Source of the DNA: Bugula neritina
Lineage: Eukaryota > Animalia > Bryozoa
DNA: 64,000 nt
Reading direction: 5' to 3'
NCBI GenBank assembly: GCA_964035545.1
Contig: OZ037771.1
Span: 7,679,208-7,743,207, forward strand
Within the stretch, counting starts at the first letter, position 1. The number at the start of each line of letters is the position of its first letter. Below are positions 62,501 through 64,000 of the stretch, piece by piece. Below the pieces are notes generated by a model. The model made no database searches. It was not told the origin of the DNA and saw only the letters and a list, made by a program, of their open reading frames with translations. The position numbers were made by a program, and so were the translations under genes.

Positions 62501-63898
62501 ATACTTGGAAACCTGCCGTGTTTTAGCAGCTGTGTTTCAGAGTAACTGCCACGTGTATTTCTCCCATCATTTTGATGTCTACAACTTAAATTGATATTTG
62601 CTTTGATATATTTTTGTCAGGGAAGTGGCAAAACTCTTGCTTTTGGTATTCCTGTAATTGACAAAATTCTCAAACTGAAGAACACAGAAGACAGTGTTAA
62701 GGTAAAGTGACAGATCTTGCTTGTTTGGCAGGAGTACTGACTTACAATGTACGGTGTTAGTAATACATGCTGAACAGCTTGCATACAGTCCTATATGAAG
62801 TTTACCTAGGTTTTCTACTATAACTCTATAGTGGAGAAATGTTCAGTTTGTACATATTGATTACATTAAGGATAGTTTTAATGTATGTTTTCAGCCTTGT
62901 CTAATAAGTGTATTGTGTATTTGCAGAGCAGAGTATATGCACTGGTGTTGACCCCTACTAGAGAACTCTGTGTACAGGTGAAACAGCACCTGGCGGCAGC
63001 TGCTAAATATACACATTTGAATGTAAGTGTCACGTGATTCGCTAATAAGTGCTGTCTTCATCAAACAGCCAGCGACCCAATCACTTTACCTTTTATGGTC
63101 AAACTGGAAAGTGGAAAGTGATTGGCAGTCTATAATACAGCTGCTGATTTTTATACTAGAATATTGTAAGTTTTAATTATACAATACTAGAATATACCAA
63201 CTCTATGGATACTAGCTCTCTCTCTCTCCCTCTCCCTCTCTCTCTCCCTCTCTCTCTTTTCCCCCTCTCTCTCTCCTCTCTCTCTCCCCCTCTCTCTCCC
63301 CCTCTCTCTCCCCCTCTCTCTCCCCCCCCTCTCTCTCTCTCTCTCTCCCTCTCTGTATACCAGTTCTCTCAGTTCTCTCTCTCTATGCTGGTCTCTGTAC
63401 GCAGGTTGTGTCGATATTCGGAGGGTTGTCTTCTCAGAAACAAGTTCGTCTGCTCAAGTCTCGACCTGAAATTGTTGTCGCAACTCCCGGACGTCTCTGG
63501 GACATAATGAATGGAGAGGTAGGGCGTTGGCATACGCTTAGCCTATGACTCACTGCTAGAAACAGTACTGCTGGTTACACGCATGATTATATATTTAGTT
63601 GTAACTAACCAACTGCAATGCCATTCTACGCATAAAATCTGAAACTAATACTAAAATTGATAGTTTATTACAGTTTTCTCATCAGTTTTACTTTTGTTTT
63701 TGAGACTCGTATATGTTTCGTGTGTCGTTTATGTTTATGTTGCCTACATTTCTTGCACTGTATGTTCATACAGGAGGAAATTGAAGAGTTTTTATCAACT
63801 ATTGTGGAGTGCCCTCTACTTGTCATTGATGAAGCGGACAAGATGGTGGAAAAAGGTCACTTTGAAGAATTGACTAAAATTCTGAACCTGATGAAAAA
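59516..63898 (+). CDS. DDX24: DEAD-box RNA helicase DDX24/Mak5, 5' part (continues past the window). Exons: 59516-59839, 60262-60337, 60436-60546, 62209-62366, 62621-62701, 62927-63022, 63405-63518, 63774-63898
   Basis: AWKDLFVP...PTLIQ...[57 protein letters not shown]-terminal WKQV...LEVLENY resembles DDX24. Exon phases are consistent. Confidence 0.9.
60600..61720 (-). mobile_element. 5'-truncated, decayed CR1/L2-type LINE in a DDX24 intron
   Basis: [20 protein letters not shown]...YADDT, with frameshifts. Confidence 0.85.
63216..63354. repeat. CT-rich microsatellite in a DDX24 intron
   Basis: Visible in sequence. Confidence 0.9.
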
Positions 63899-64000
63899 GT
63901 AGGGAAACGATATAATCCGTAATTATCATTGAACCGCTTCTGTCACGTAATGACATATAATGATCTGTGTTGTGTTAACCAGGAAGTCTGTAGTACATCC

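Overview
AT-rich eukaryotic DNA, probably a marine invertebrate (inferred from spliceosomal introns, a DDX24 orthologue, an animal-type caspase and the transposon families). The main feature is a tandem pair of multi-exon minus-strand genes: copy A (CDS 17757->1101, ~1364 aa) and copy B (CDS 49256->22046, ~1269 aa). Both splice by GT-AG sites into one uninterrupted frame encoding N-cap + LRR array + Roc GTPase + COR + acidic linker + a complete caspase (p20 and p10, with the His/Cys dyad). The LRR array is built from tandem, frame-symmetric 138-nt cassette exons (6 in A, 4 in B). The cassettes have an almost invariant scaffold, hypervariable concave-face residues and mosaic halves. The two paralogues also differ mainly in the caspase substrate-binding loops. 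Together this suggests a diversifying single-chain sensor-switch-protease immune receptor family (ROCO-caspase). The introns and flanks hold many mobile elements: two young Gypsy LTR elements (one with a clear -1 frameshift signal, one with a partially duplicated tandem structure), an intact CR1/L2-type LINE, an Academ-like element, hAT and Tc1-like non-autonomous elements, SINEs and solo LTRs. The window ends inside a plus-strand DDX24 RNA helicase gene. All gene models were assembled by eye and have no transcript support here.
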